A DNA stretch of 64,000 nt from Trichormus sp. ATA11-4-KO1. Its GTDB lineage: Bacteria; Cyanobacteriota; Cyanobacteriia; Cyanobacteriales; Nostocaceae. Positions 41,139 through 50,352 of the stretch are shown here, piece after piece. The notes under the pieces were generated by a model. The model searched no databases. It was not told the DNA's origin and saw only the letters and a program-made list of their open reading frames with translations. The stretch lies in assembly GCA_019358915.1 (NCBI GenBank), contig JAHHIM010000002.1:1-64000 (forward strand). Direction: 5' to 3'. A program made the position numbers and the translations under genes. How positions within the stretch are numbered: the stretch's first letter is position 1; each line of letters begins with the position of its first letter.

Positions 41139-42614
41139 ATGACTAATTATTTAGTGCAGCAACAGCCTAGTTTTAGGTTGAAATTTCCATTTGCTAGGGA
41201 AGGCAAAAGCAGTTATCAGACTCGTCAACCATTACCAGGATGTCCAAGTGTGCCTGTATCTCTGCAATTGCGGCAGTATCAGCGACAAGCTATTACTAGC
41301 TGGTTTGCCAATAATGGCAGAGGTACGCTGAAAATGGCTACTGGTAGTGGTAAAACTATCACAGCATTAGCGATCGCTTGTGAATTATATCAGCAAATTA
41401 ATTTACAAGTGTTGTTGGTGGTGTGTCCTTATCGTCATCTTGTCACCCAATGGGCGCGGGAATGTGAGAAGTTTAATTTACAACCTATTTTAGCTTTCGA
41501 GAATTTACGCACTTGGCAAAGTCAACTGTCTACGCAACTTTATAATCTGCGTTCCGGTTCGCAAAACTTTGTCACTGTGATTACTACCAACTCGACATTA
41601 ATTAATGATGGGTTTCAGTCGCAACTTAAGTATTTTCCCCCGAAAACTTTAATTATTGGTGATGAAGCGCATAATTTAGGTGCACCAAAATTAGAAGAAA
41701 ATTTACCGCGCCGTGTAGGATTGCGCCTGGCTTTATCTGCCACACCGGAGAGGTATTTTGATGATTACGGTACTCAATCTTTATTTAATTATTTTGGCCC
41801 GGTTCTTCAACCAGAGTTTACCTTGAGGGATGCGATCGCTCAAGGGGCTTTGGTACATTATTTGTATTATCCAATACTTGTAGAATTAACTGAGGCGGAA
41901 AGTATTGCTTATTTAAAGTTAACTAAAAAAATTGGGCGATGTTTATTATATCGAGAACGAGAAAATAGCGAAGTAGGAAACTTTGAAGACAACGAAGATT
42001 TAAAGCCTTTATTAATGCAACGCGCCAGGTTAATTGGTGCGGCGGAAAATAAATTAACTGCTTTGCGAGATTTAATGGCTACTCGCCGGGAAACTACTCA
42101 CACACTTTTTTATTGCAGCGATGGTTCTCAAGAAACTGGACAACGTTCATCTTTGCGTCAACTCAAAGCTGTTGCCAAAATTTTGGGAGTAGATTTGGGA
42201 TATCGGGTAAGTACCTATACTGCACATACTTCTTTAAAAGAACGAGAAGTTTTACGCTGTCAATTTGAAAGTGGTGAACTACAAGGTTTAGTGGCAATTC
42301 GCTGTTTAGATGAAGGCGTTGATATTCCCGCAGTTAAAACTGCGGTAATTTTATCCAGTTCTGGTAATCCTCGCCAGTTTATTCAGCGCCGAGGTCGAGT
42401 TTTACGTCCTCACATGGGTAAGGAACGCGCCACTATATTTGACATGATTGTTTTGCCACCAGATTTAGATCGGGAAACTATAGAAGTGGAACGCAATTTA
42501 TTAAAAAAAGAATTGCGCCGCTTTGTGGAGTTTGCCGATTTAGCTGACAACGCCGGCGAAGCCAGAATGAAATTACTGGATTTACAAAAACGTTATGGAT
42601 TATTAGATATTTGA
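41139..42614 (+). CDS. SF2 DEAH helicase (phosphorothioation-associated restriction enzyme-like, XPB/Res-like)
   Basis: MATGSGKT, DEAH, SATP, DEGVDIP, QRRGRVLR; no nuclease domain recognised. Confidence 0.85.
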   Translation: MTNYLVQQQPSFRLKFPFAREGKSSYQTRQPLPGCPSVPVSLQLRQYQRQAITSWFANNGRGTLKMATGSGKTITALAIACELYQQINLQVLLVVCPYRHLVTQWARECEKFNLQPILAFENLRTWQSQLSTQLYNLRSGSQNFVTVITTNSTLINDGFQSQLKYFPPKTLIIGDEAHNLGAPKLEENLPRRVGLRLALSATPERYFDDYGTQSLFNYFGPVLQPEFTLRDAIAQGALVHYLYYPILVELTEAESIAYLKLTKKIGRCLLYRERENSEVGNFEDNEDLKPLLMQRARLIGAAENKLTALRDLMATRRETTHTLFYCSDGSQETGQRSSLRQLKAVAKILGVDLGYRVSTYTAHTSLKEREVLRCQFESGELQGLVAIRCLDEGVDIPAVKTAVILSSSGNPRQFIQRRGRVLRPHMGKERATIFDMIVLPPDLDRETIEVERNLLKKELRRFVEFADLADNAGEARMKLLDLQKRYGLLDI

Positions 42615-42957
42615 TAAACAGAAAATAGCAAAGAAGGTAGAAAATAAAAGTTTTATATGTATTTTTTTATTAAAAATGTATTAATTATCAGTTGATATGG
42701 GAAAATATAATTATGAATTTGATCATAATGGGGTGTAGCTTGCTTTAAAAATTTATGTTACACTTCATTGTAATAAAAGCCTAATATTTAAAATACCAGA
42801 AAAAACTTTAAAAAGAAAGCTTTTTTTCAAAGAAATTTGAGTATTTCCAAAGACACTTTACTAAAACATAAAGATAACGCTAATAGTAACTCTACGGATG
42901 CAGATATAGCAGTAGAGACGGCTAAAATAGAAAGAAAACTTGATTTAAAAGCCTGAA

Positions 42958-43131
42958 ATGCCACTAGAGACAAATATCGAGAATGTGCAAGAACCAATTA
43001 CCAGTGCGCCACCAGAAGTGCGACAAATTATTGAGCGAGTATGGAAGTTGGAAAAAGGTAGGTTAGATAAGAAAATTAACAGCCACATTAATGAAGAAAT
43101 ATTAGACATTGTGAAGGAAGAGGTGCAATGA
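42958..43131 (+). CDS. 57-aa small protein coupled to the ATPase (not in the ORF track)
   Basis: Hand translation MPLETNIENVQEPITSAPPEVRQIIERVWKLEKGRLDKKINSHINEEILDIVKEEVQ; ATGA overlap with 43128. Confidence 0.8.
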   Translation: MPLETNIENVQEPITSAPPEVRQIIERVWKLEKGRLDKKINSHINEEILDIVKEEVQ

Positions 43132-45200
43132 AACTAACTTCAATTAAGCTGTGCAATTTTCGCTCCTTTTATGGTATAACTCCAGAAATCATCCTGGCTG
43201 TGGGAGATGTTCACAACACCACAATTATTCATGGCAATAATGGTTCTGGTAAAACCAGTTTGTTGAATGCTTTTACTTGGGTATTATATGAAAAATTTAG
43301 TGCGGCTTTTGCCTCCACAGAACAGCTAGTTAATAAGCGGTCAATAGCCGAAGCGCAAAAAGGTCAAGCTGTGGAATGTTGGGTAGAAGTTGGCTGGGAA
43401 CATGAAGGTAAACGCTATCGTGTCAAACGTTCCTGTCGGGTTTACAAAAATGAAAGTGACTTTGAAGCCGGCAAAACTCAGTTAAGTATGTGGGTAGGTG
43501 AAGATGATGGCAAATGGTATTTACCACCACAACAACCAGACGATATCATTAATCAAATTTTACCTGCGAGTTTACATCAATATTTTTTCTTTGACGGTGA
43601 ACGGATTGAAGAAATAGTTCGTTCTGACAAAAAAGCTGAAATTGCTGAAGCAACTAAAATTTTCTTAGGTGTAGAAGTTATTAACCGTTCTATTAGACAC
43701 TTAGGAGAAGCTAAAAAAACTTTAGAAAATGAATTAAAAGCTATTGGTGATGCAGAAACAAAACAGCTACTAAGACAGCAAGAAAAAATAGAAAAAGAAA
43801 GCGATCGCATCACTAAGCGACAAGTAGAAATTAAACAAGAATTAGAATATCAGCAGACATTTAAAAAAGAGACAAGTAACCGCTTGTTAGAGCTTATGTC
43901 TGCCAAAGACCTGCAAGAAAGATGGCAGGATTTAGAATTACAGAAAGCAGAAAATCAGCAAGCATATAAGAAAAATAAAGAAGCACTGAAAAAAATAATT
44001 TCTGCACGGGGTTACACAGTGTTGCTTTCAGAGACTACATCTCAATTTCGGGAAATTATTGATACTTTAAAGCAGCAAGGTGAGTTAACATCGGGAATTT
44101 CGCGGGAATTTGTCAATGAATTATTGCAATCTCAGCGCTGTATTTGTGGTGCTGATTTAAGGACAGGAACTCCCAACCATGAGCATATACAAGCTTGGCT
44201 AAATAAAGCAGGTTCTTCGTTAGTAGAAGAAACAGCAATCCGTATGGGTGTCCAAGTAGATGAAATTGATAAACAAGCTACGATTTTTTGGGAAGAAGTT
44301 GATAGAGAACAAGAGAGAATTAATCAGTTAAGACAAACCATATCCCAGGTTGAGGGTGAATTAGATAGCCTTCAAGAAAAACTGCGAAAAGATGCCAATG
44401 AAGAAATTAGCAGTTTACAAAAACGCTTAGATGGAATTGAAAAGAAAATTGATGAATTGAATCGAGAACAAGGTGCAAATCAACAACAACTTGTTCATTT
44501 AAAAACAGATATTGATGCTTTAGGCAAACAAATTTCCAAGCAGAAACTGAATGAAGAAAAACAAATATTAGCACAGCGCCGCATCAATGCTACTCAAGAT
44601 GCCATTGAAAGGTTAACAGAAGTTCGGAATCGTCAAGAAACACAATTCCGTCTGCAATTAGAAAAGCGAGTACAAGAAATATTTAATGATATTTCGGTGA
44701 CTCCATATATTCCTAAAATTAGCGATAAATATGAATTAACATTGGTAGAACATACGGCTGGTATAGAAGCACCTGTTGCAGCTTCTACAGGAGAAAATCA
44801 AATTCTCAGTTTATCTTTTATTGCTAGCATCATTGATAAGGTGCGGGAATGGAGTGAAAAGCGCAAAATGATGATGCTTCCCGACAGCAGCACTTTCCCA
44901 ATAGTCATGGATTCACCGTTTGGGAGTTTGGATGAAATTTCTCGACGACACATAGCCGGGACAATTCCCAAATTAGCAAATCAGTTAATTGTGTTAGTAA
45001 CTAAAACTCAGTGGCGGGGTGAAGTGGAAGAGGAAATGGCAAACAGAATTGGTAGGGAATATGTACTTACCTATTACTCTTCTAAGTTAGATTGTGAACA
45101 AGATTATATTGAGTTGGGAGGGGAAAGATTTCCTTTGGTGCGGCAAAGTCCCAATGCGTTTGAGTATACCGAAATTATTGCAGTAGAACGACATATTTAA
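43128..45200 (+). CDS. Rad50/DndD-like coiled-coil ABC ATPase with CxC hook
   Basis: GNNGSGKT Walker A, FFFDGE, long coiled coils around CICG, ASTGE signature, IVMDSPFGSLD Walker B/D-loop. Confidence 0.88.
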   Translation: MKLTSIKLCNFRSFYGITPEIILAVGDVHNTTIIHGNNGSGKTSLLNAFTWVLYEKFSAAFASTEQLVNKRSIAEAQKGQAVECWVEVGWEHEGKRYRVKRSCRVYKNESDFEAGKTQLSMWVGEDDGKWYLPPQQPDDIINQILPASLHQYFFFDGERIEEIVRSDKKAEIAEATKIFLGVEVINRSIRHLGEAKKTLENELKAIGDAETKQLLRQQEKIEKESDRITKRQVEIKQELEYQQTFKKETSNRLLELMSAKDLQERWQDLELQKAENQQAYKKNKEALKKIISARGYTVLLSETTSQFREIIDTLKQQGELTSGISREFVNELLQSQRCICGADLRTGTPNHEHIQAWLNKAGSSLVEETAIRMGVQVDEIDKQATIFWEEVDREQERINQLRQTISQVEGELDSLQEKLRKDANEEISSLQKRLDGIEKKIDELNREQGANQQQLVHLKTDIDALGKQISKQKLNEEKQILAQRRINATQDAIERLTEVRNRQETQFRLQLEKRVQEIFNDISVTPYIPKISDKYELTLVEHTAGIEAPVAASTGENQILSLSFIASIIDKVREWSEKRKMMMLPDSSTFPIVMDSPFGSLDEISRRHIAGTIPKLANQLIVLVTKTQWRGEVEEEMANRIGREYVLTYYSSKLDCEQDYIELGGERFPLVRQSPNAFEYTEIIAVERHI

Positions 45201-45220
45201 TAAATGGCGTTGCTATGTGA

Positions 45221-45471
45221 CAATACCTTAGCCAATTTACGAGGGTGAGATGATGATGCTTTAACCATTAACTCCCATTTCTCGCTCGGCTTGGCAACAA
45301 CAATCAGCCATAAAAATTCCTTTAAGGTTTCCCACAAGGGTTTTTTAACGTATTGACAGCAGGATAAGGGTTTGGGATGACAAACTACCTTTTTATCGAA
45401 ACGCTTATGTATGCTTATTTTTGCCAGTTTTGCCAAAAATTATCAAGGCTCTTATTTTGGCTAAGGTATTG
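45221..45471. mobile_element. 251-bp MITE (CAATAC-ended, IS4-like) with 7-bp target duplication
   Basis: Perfect 15-bp TIR CAATACCTTAGCCAA; TATGTGA at 45214-45220 and 45472-45478. Confidence 0.9.
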
Positions 45472-45720
45472 TATGTGAAAGTATGAATTAGTTCAAAGGG
45501 TGACAATAGTTGCAAAACCAAGCTAGATAAAGGTTTGGACGATACAGATCCCTGGAATAAACAGACTGAAATTGAATGCTGATTGAGAATGAACTGTCAC
45601 ATCGTGATTTCTGGATAGGTTTGTATGGTTTCAATTGGATAGTAACTTGGAATGAGTGTCAAGCATGGGTCAAGTTCCTTGACAGTTCCATTTGCAATAC
45701 TTACGTATTGATTGGTGGGG

Positions 45721-45771
45721 TTGACAGACAAATACTATTAAAGTTATATTAATTTCAGAATGACTGTTCTG
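45721..45771 (+). promoter_or_regulatory. tetR promoter (TTGACA-N18-TATATT) and operator CAGAA-N6-TTCTG
   Basis: -35 at 45721-45726, -10 at 45745-45750, palindrome at 45756-45771; second operator copy at 46390-46405. Confidence 0.7.
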
Positions 45772-45779
45772 GTTTAGCA

Positions 45780-46373
45780 ATGCCTCGACATAAGGAATTC
45801 GATCCTGAAACTTGCCTCGACCAAGTTATGCGCTTGTTCTGGCAAAAGGGGTACCAAGATACCTCAATGGCTGATTTAGTGGAGCATTCAGGTGTGCAAC
45901 GCTATGGCCTGTATGAAACTTTTGGTGGCAAACAAGAACTGTTTCAGCGTGCGCTGGACTGGTATCTAAGTACTGTTATCGCTCAACGTTTAGCAATGCT
46001 TGAGAGAAACAAGCCTGAACCTTCCTTGATGGAGATTAAGCAATTCTTTGAGCAATTCATCGAACATCTTGATCATCCTTCTAGTTCGTTGGGCTGCCTA
46101 ATCTGCAATACGGCTGTTGAAGTTCCATCACACGACAAAACAGTTGTATCTAAGGTTCAGCAGTACTTTGAGCGGCTTCGCCGGAGTTTTGCGCGAGCGC
46201 TAAACAGAGCTAAGCAGAACGGCGAAATAGCCGAGAATACTGATATTCCGCAGGTTACTGAGTTTTTAGTCGGAAGTGTACTTGGTCTGACAGCCTATGC
46301 GCGATCGCCTGCTCCCAGGAAGGATGTGCAAACTTACGTCAGAGGCATTCTCGCAATGTTAGAGCATCTTTAA
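45780..46373 (+). CDS. TetR/AcrR family regulator (NemR/ComR-like)
   Basis: MPRHKEFD...FWQKGY..TS..DL...LYETFGGKQELF; GCLICN. Confidence 0.92.
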   Translation: MPRHKEFDPETCLDQVMRLFWQKGYQDTSMADLVEHSGVQRYGLYETFGGKQELFQRALDWYLSTVIAQRLAMLERNKPEPSLMEIKQFFEQFIEHLDHPSSSLGCLICNTAVEVPSHDKTVVSKVQQYFERLRRSFARALNRAKQNGEIAENTDIPQVTEFLVGSVLGLTAYARSPAPRKDVQTYVRGILAMLEHL

Positions 46374-46389
46374 TTTTTTTGCTTTATTC

Positions 46390-46405
46390 CAGAATAGTTG
46401 TTCTG
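46390..46405. promoter_or_regulatory. Second TetR-type operator CAGAA-N6-TTCTG
   Basis: CAGAATAGTTGTTCTG upstream of the SRPBCC gene. Confidence 0.65.
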
Positions 46406-46448
46406 ATATTTTCCCAATCAATACTAAACTAACCACAGGAACCAAATA

Positions 46449-46877
46449 ATGAGACAAACTGTAATCGCCGAACAAGAAATCTCAGGTCAAGCCGATGCGA
46501 TATGGGACACGATCAGTGCAGGTGGAAATGTGCATAAATGGTTTTCCACTATCATTCAAAGTTGCCAATTGGAAGGAACAGGTGAAGGAGCTTCGCGATT
46601 GTGCACCATGATCGATGGAAACGAACTCAAAGAACGGATTGTTGAAGTTAATCACGCTGTACGTCGGTTTCGTTATGCAATTGATCAACATCCACTTCCC
46701 GCAAAAGATGTTATTGCTTTCATTGAAGTCAAAAACGCTGGTAATGGACGTGCTTTCATTTCCTGGGGCGCTGAATTTGAAGCCAGTGAAGAGACTATTC
46801 CTCAAATCAAAGAGACCCTTCATGGACTTTATATGCAAGGCATCCAGAGCTTAGAAAATTATCACAAGACAATTTAA
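46449..46877 (+). CDS. SRPBCC / polyketide cyclase-like protein
   Basis: ADAIWDTI...HKWF...G.GASR...LKERI...FRY pattern. Confidence 0.85.
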   Translation: MRQTVIAEQEISGQADAIWDTISAGGNVHKWFSTIIQSCQLEGTGEGASRLCTMIDGNELKERIVEVNHAVRRFRYAIDQHPLPAKDVIAFIEVKNAGNGRAFISWGAEFEASEETIPQIKETLHGLYMQGIQSLENYHKTI

Positions 46878-46998
46878 CAGTTATCAGTTCATTAGTAAAA
46901 CACCATACCAATTGCTGGAAGGGGTTAGTGGCAAGTTTAAATCCTTCAGCATACGCCTGTTTACTGTTCACTGTGCCATCTTCACAGGAGAAATAGTC

Positions 46999-47250
46999 AT
47001 GTCTGTGCTCAAAGCCTTGACAACGCGAAATGTCGGAAAAATTGATCGCGTCATTCGTAGCTTTCCTACTTTAATTGTTGCCTATTTGTACTTCATGGGC
47101 ATGATTTCGGGTTGGCTCAGCATTATTTTAGGTATTTTAGCTTTAATGCTGTTGTTAACAAGTATTCTAGGTTCATGCTCTATCTATTATTTTCTGGGAT
47201 ATTCAACCTGTCCCATAAAAAAATCAAGAAGAAACATTGAGCAGAACTGA
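46999..47250 (+). CDS. DUF2892 (YgaP-like) membrane protein (start ATG 46999)
   Basis: AGGAG RBS; NVGKIDRVIR, two TM helices, C.IY..LGYST. Confidence 0.85.
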   Translation: MSVLKALTTRNVGKIDRVIRSFPTLIVAYLYFMGMISGWLSIILGILALMLLLTSILGSCSIYYFLGYSTCPIKKSRRNIEQN

Positions 47251-47300
47251 AAGCGCGCGATCGCAGGTTGACACAGCAGAAATATTCGGTGGTGTCACAG

Positions 47301-47392
47301 TAGACATCTCCAGAAATTAAATATGCGTTATCCAGAAACCTTGTAGAGACGTAGCAGTGCTACATCTCTACATTCTTTTTCCAAGACGTCTA
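47301..47392. mobile_element. 92-bp miniature element with nested palindromic repeat
   Basis: TAGACATCTCCAGAAA / TTTTCCAAGACGTCTA inverted ends; internal GTAGAGACGTAGCA-TGCTACATCTCTAC hairpin. Confidence 0.6.
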
Positions 47393-47533
47393 GTGATAGA
47401 TGTCTAGTGATATTTGTCGCTGCTAACCTTAGCCGTTATGGCGCAAGTCTTCGGTGCGGACAGTGCTTTAAGATGGTTGTTGTGGTAGCCAAAGCTGGAA
47501 TTTACTTCAACCCCCAAGTTTGCAGTATAAGTT

Positions 47534-48280
47534 ATGCAAGATCGCAAAAAATTGATAATTTTCCTACAAGAGTCACTAGAGAATAAAGCCACACGAAAAA
47601 CAAAGATGTGGTGGGAAAAGTACATGAAGGGAGTTATTCCGTTTAGAGGGGTGGGAATTCCTGAAATCCGCGATCTCATGACAACATGGCTCAATGAATA
47701 TGGCATCAAAGACTTGTCCAAGGAAGATCAGCTAGAGCTGGCTTTAGCATTTTTTCAAGAACCGATCGCAGAGGACAAATTGGCTGGCATACTTTATCTC
47801 CAGTACTACTTATACGATCAATTTGCTTGGGAAGTTTTACTAAAGAAATATGAAGCTCTGTATACAAATAATTTGATATTTGATTGGAATACTTGTGATT
47901 GGTTCTGTGTACGAGTGCTGAGTCCAACAGTTGCCAAGCATGGTGTAGGATGTGCCGAAGTAATTTCATCATGGAGAAATTCTGAGAATCTTTGGCAAGC
48001 AAGGTCTTCAGTTGTTGCTTTCGTTAAGGTTACATCGAATGAAAGCTACTACTTATGTATACAAGAGTCTTGTCATACTTTGATCCAGAGACAGGAAAGA
48101 TTTGCTAAGACATCTGTTGGCTGGGTCTTGCGAGATATTTCTCAGCATAACGAGGGCTTTGTCAAATCCTTTATTGAGAGTCACATTCAATGGTTCTCTA
48201 TTGAGAGTCTCAGGAATGCTGTAAAGTATTTGGATAAAGAGGAGCAACAGAAGTATATAAAGTTGCTCAAAGCGGCATAA
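47534..48280 (+). CDS. DNA alkylation repair protein (AlkD-like HEAT-repeat)
   Basis: YMKG..PFRGV..P, WNTCD, NLWQARSS, K..GWVLR. Confidence 0.82.
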   Translation: MQDRKKLIIFLQESLENKATRKTKMWWEKYMKGVIPFRGVGIPEIRDLMTTWLNEYGIKDLSKEDQLELALAFFQEPIAEDKLAGILYLQYYLYDQFAWEVLLKKYEALYTNNLIFDWNTCDWFCVRVLSPTVAKHGVGCAEVISSWRNSENLWQARSSVVAFVKVTSNESYYLCIQESCHTLIQRQERFAKTSVGWVLRDISQHNEGFVKSFIESHIQWFSIESLRNAVKYLDKEEQQKYIKLLKAA

Positions 48281-48291
48281 CAGCAAAGTTA

Positions 48292-48565
48292 CCAATTTTA
48301 AACATCTTTGGCAAAACTAAACATACATTGTTTTTTGATGGTGACTTATGGACGATACCAGAAATGAGACAATCAAAAAAACTCAAAAATTTTGAGAAGT
48401 AAAAAATGTCTTTAATATCAGAAGCAAAAATTAAAAATATAGATCACCTAGGAATAGTAGCTGGGCTAATTGATGAAATAGGAATATGAGTCTTAATCAT
48501 CCTGATTTTTTGCTATTCTCTTGATGTAATCTCTTTGTACTTCAATTTGAAGTGCGGAATGTGGG
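48292..48565 (+). mobile_element. Internally deleted IS1634-family element
   Basis: 27-aa ORF 48406-48489 with IDHLGIVAGLIDEIG (IS1634/DUF4277 N-terminus); TGCGGAATGTGGG right end; left boundary approximate. Confidence 0.7.
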
Positions 48566-48694
48566 TTAATAGAAACCAACTGTGGAAGCTTTACAGCCAA
48601 TAGCAGTGCTGACAGTACGTGATAGTGATACTACGAGAGAATAGGCTTTCTAAACTTTACGTCTTACGTCAGGGAGATATTTGGCTGTAATGTA

Positions 48695-48767
<73 letters not shown>

Positions 48768-48842
48768 TGGGGCTGTTTGTTAGCCACGATTAATTAATGT
48801 AGCAAACATATATTAATTTAGCAAGGACTTGAGGAAAAAAAT

Positions 48843-49712
48843 TTATGCTGGTTTCAATTTCAACTTGACCCAGATGAAAACGGCAACAAAGAACAAAAAC
48901 TGGACAAGAACAATACTAGGCCCTGATGCCAGATTGAAAAGACCAGAAACGATGATGCCAGACATACTTGTAGTGGCACCAACTATCAATGACACGAACA
49001 GAAAACGGTTAAAGTGATGACTCATCAGTTTGGCTGTGGAGGCGGGAATCACCAAAAAGGCATTTACCAGTAAAACACCGACAGCTTTAATTGCCACGGC
49101 AACAGCTAGTGAAAGCAAAATCACAAACCCATACCGATACAATTGAACTGGAATACCTTGTACTTGCGCTACATCGGGGTTAAGCGTCAATAAAATTTGC
49201 TGTCGCAGGGTTGATAGTAAAAATATGCTACTTCCTACCAATACAACCAGCGTCAACATCAAATCTGTTGCGTCGATCGCTAAAATATCACCGAACAGCA
49301 CTCTCATCAAGTTGCCGCGATAACCCTGAACTAAGCTAGTAAGTATCACACCAAGGGCTAATGCTCCCGATAGCACTATACTCAGAACGCTATCGCTAGC
49401 TAAATCGGTTTTGTCAATAAAGTACAGGACAATCACACCGAAAACTAAGGTAAAAGGCAACAGCATCCAAGTTGGATTTAACTGTAGTAACACACCTAAA
49501 ACTACGCCTACTAATGCTGCATGACCAACAGCATGACTAAAAAAAGATAGCTGGCGCAAGGTAACAAAACTACCAAGTAAACCCCCAAGTATTCCCATTA
49601 ACACAGCGCCTGCGATCGCTCTTTGCATGAAGGGAAATTGTAACAAATTCACTAAGTCCATACTAGTAGTGATAACTAGCCAATTTATCTGACAACTAAA
49701 GCACAAAGACAT
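48843..49712 (-). CDS. znuB: Zn/Mn ABC transporter permease (start may be ATG 49661)
   Basis: FMQRA...SHAVGHAAL.G...LFGDIL...VGVLLV. Confidence 0.88.
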   Translation of the reverse strand: MSLCFSCQINWLVITTSMDLVNLLQFPFMQRAIAGAVLMGILGGLLGSFVTLRQLSFFSHAVGHAALVGVVLGVLLQLNPTWMLLPFTLVFGVIVLYFIDKTDLASDSVLSIVLSGALALGVILTSLVQGYRGNLMRVLFGDILAIDATDLMLTLVVLVGSSIFLLSTLRQQILLTLNPDVAQVQGIPVQLYRYGFVILLSLAVAVAIKAVGVLLVNAFLVIPASTAKLMSHHFNRFLFVSLIVGATTSMSGIIVSGLFNLASGPSIVLVQFLFFVAVFIWVKLKLKPA

Positions 49713-49898
49713 AAGTTCAATTTACACACGAAACCAAGTAATTGTAATATATTTTTTTAGCTTGATTATATTAATAATAGGCAAAGTTTTAGAAATGTAA
49801 ATTTAAAAGCCAGTAATTTTTACTGTAATTAAATTTGATTATCAAAACACATACTGATTGAGTATAATTTAAGATAGATAACTATAAATAACGATATT

Positions 49899-50210
49899 GT
49901 GCAACACCTAGCAGATCAAGTTCTCAGCAGCGAAAAAGCTCAACGCATGGCAGAATTTTTTAGTTTCTTAGGAGATGCTAATCGCTTACGAATTCTTTCT
50001 TTTTTGGCTAAGAAAGAACTATGTGTTAGTGATTTAGCAGCATTACTAGATATGAGTGAATCTGCTGTTTCTCATCAGCTACGCAACTTAAGAGTAATGC
50101 GCTTGGTTGGCTATCGTAAGCAAGGTCGTAATGTGTTCTATCACCTCCACGATAATCATATCTTCCATCTTTATCAGGCTGTGGCTGAACATTTAGATGA
50201 ACCTGAATAA
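49899..50210 (+). CDS. ArsR/SmtB family Zn-sensing repressor
   Basis: ELCVSDLA...SAVSHQLR; alpha5 site DNH-x10-HLDE. Confidence 0.9.
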   Translation: MQHLADQVLSSEKAQRMAEFFSFLGDANRLRILSFLAKKELCVSDLAALLDMSESAVSHQLRNLRVMRLVGYRKQGRNVFYHLHDNHIFHLYQAVAEHLDEPE

Positions 50211-50222
50211 GCAAGTCGCCAC

Positions 50223-50257
50223 GTCAAAAGTAAAAGCAATATTTATTTACTTTTGAC
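50223..50257. terminator. Hairpin between convergent smtB-like gene and znuC
   Basis: GTCAAAAGTAAA ... TTTACTTTTGAC 12-bp stem. Confidence 0.55.
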
Positions 50258-50352
50258 TTTTAAGTTATCTCAAATAGAGATAGATAAAATCGTTGGCAAT
50301 TACTGGAACAATCTTTTAGTCAAGAGTTTTCATCTCAAATCCCAACTTGCTA

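Noticed and set aside
43128..45200. Calling the ATPase SbcC, RecN or DndD proper
   Set aside because: No sbcD or dndC/dndE neighbour; CxC rather than CxxC hook and a degenerate signature
45197..45436. 79-aa minus-strand ORF
   Set aside because: Lies almost wholly within the 251-bp MITE; no transposase motifs seen
45480..45700. Possible Tn7/CAST end or tRNA-Phe att duplicate
   Set aside because: Only isolated GTGACA/TGTCAC words; no repeated TnsB sites and no copy of the tRNA 3' end found
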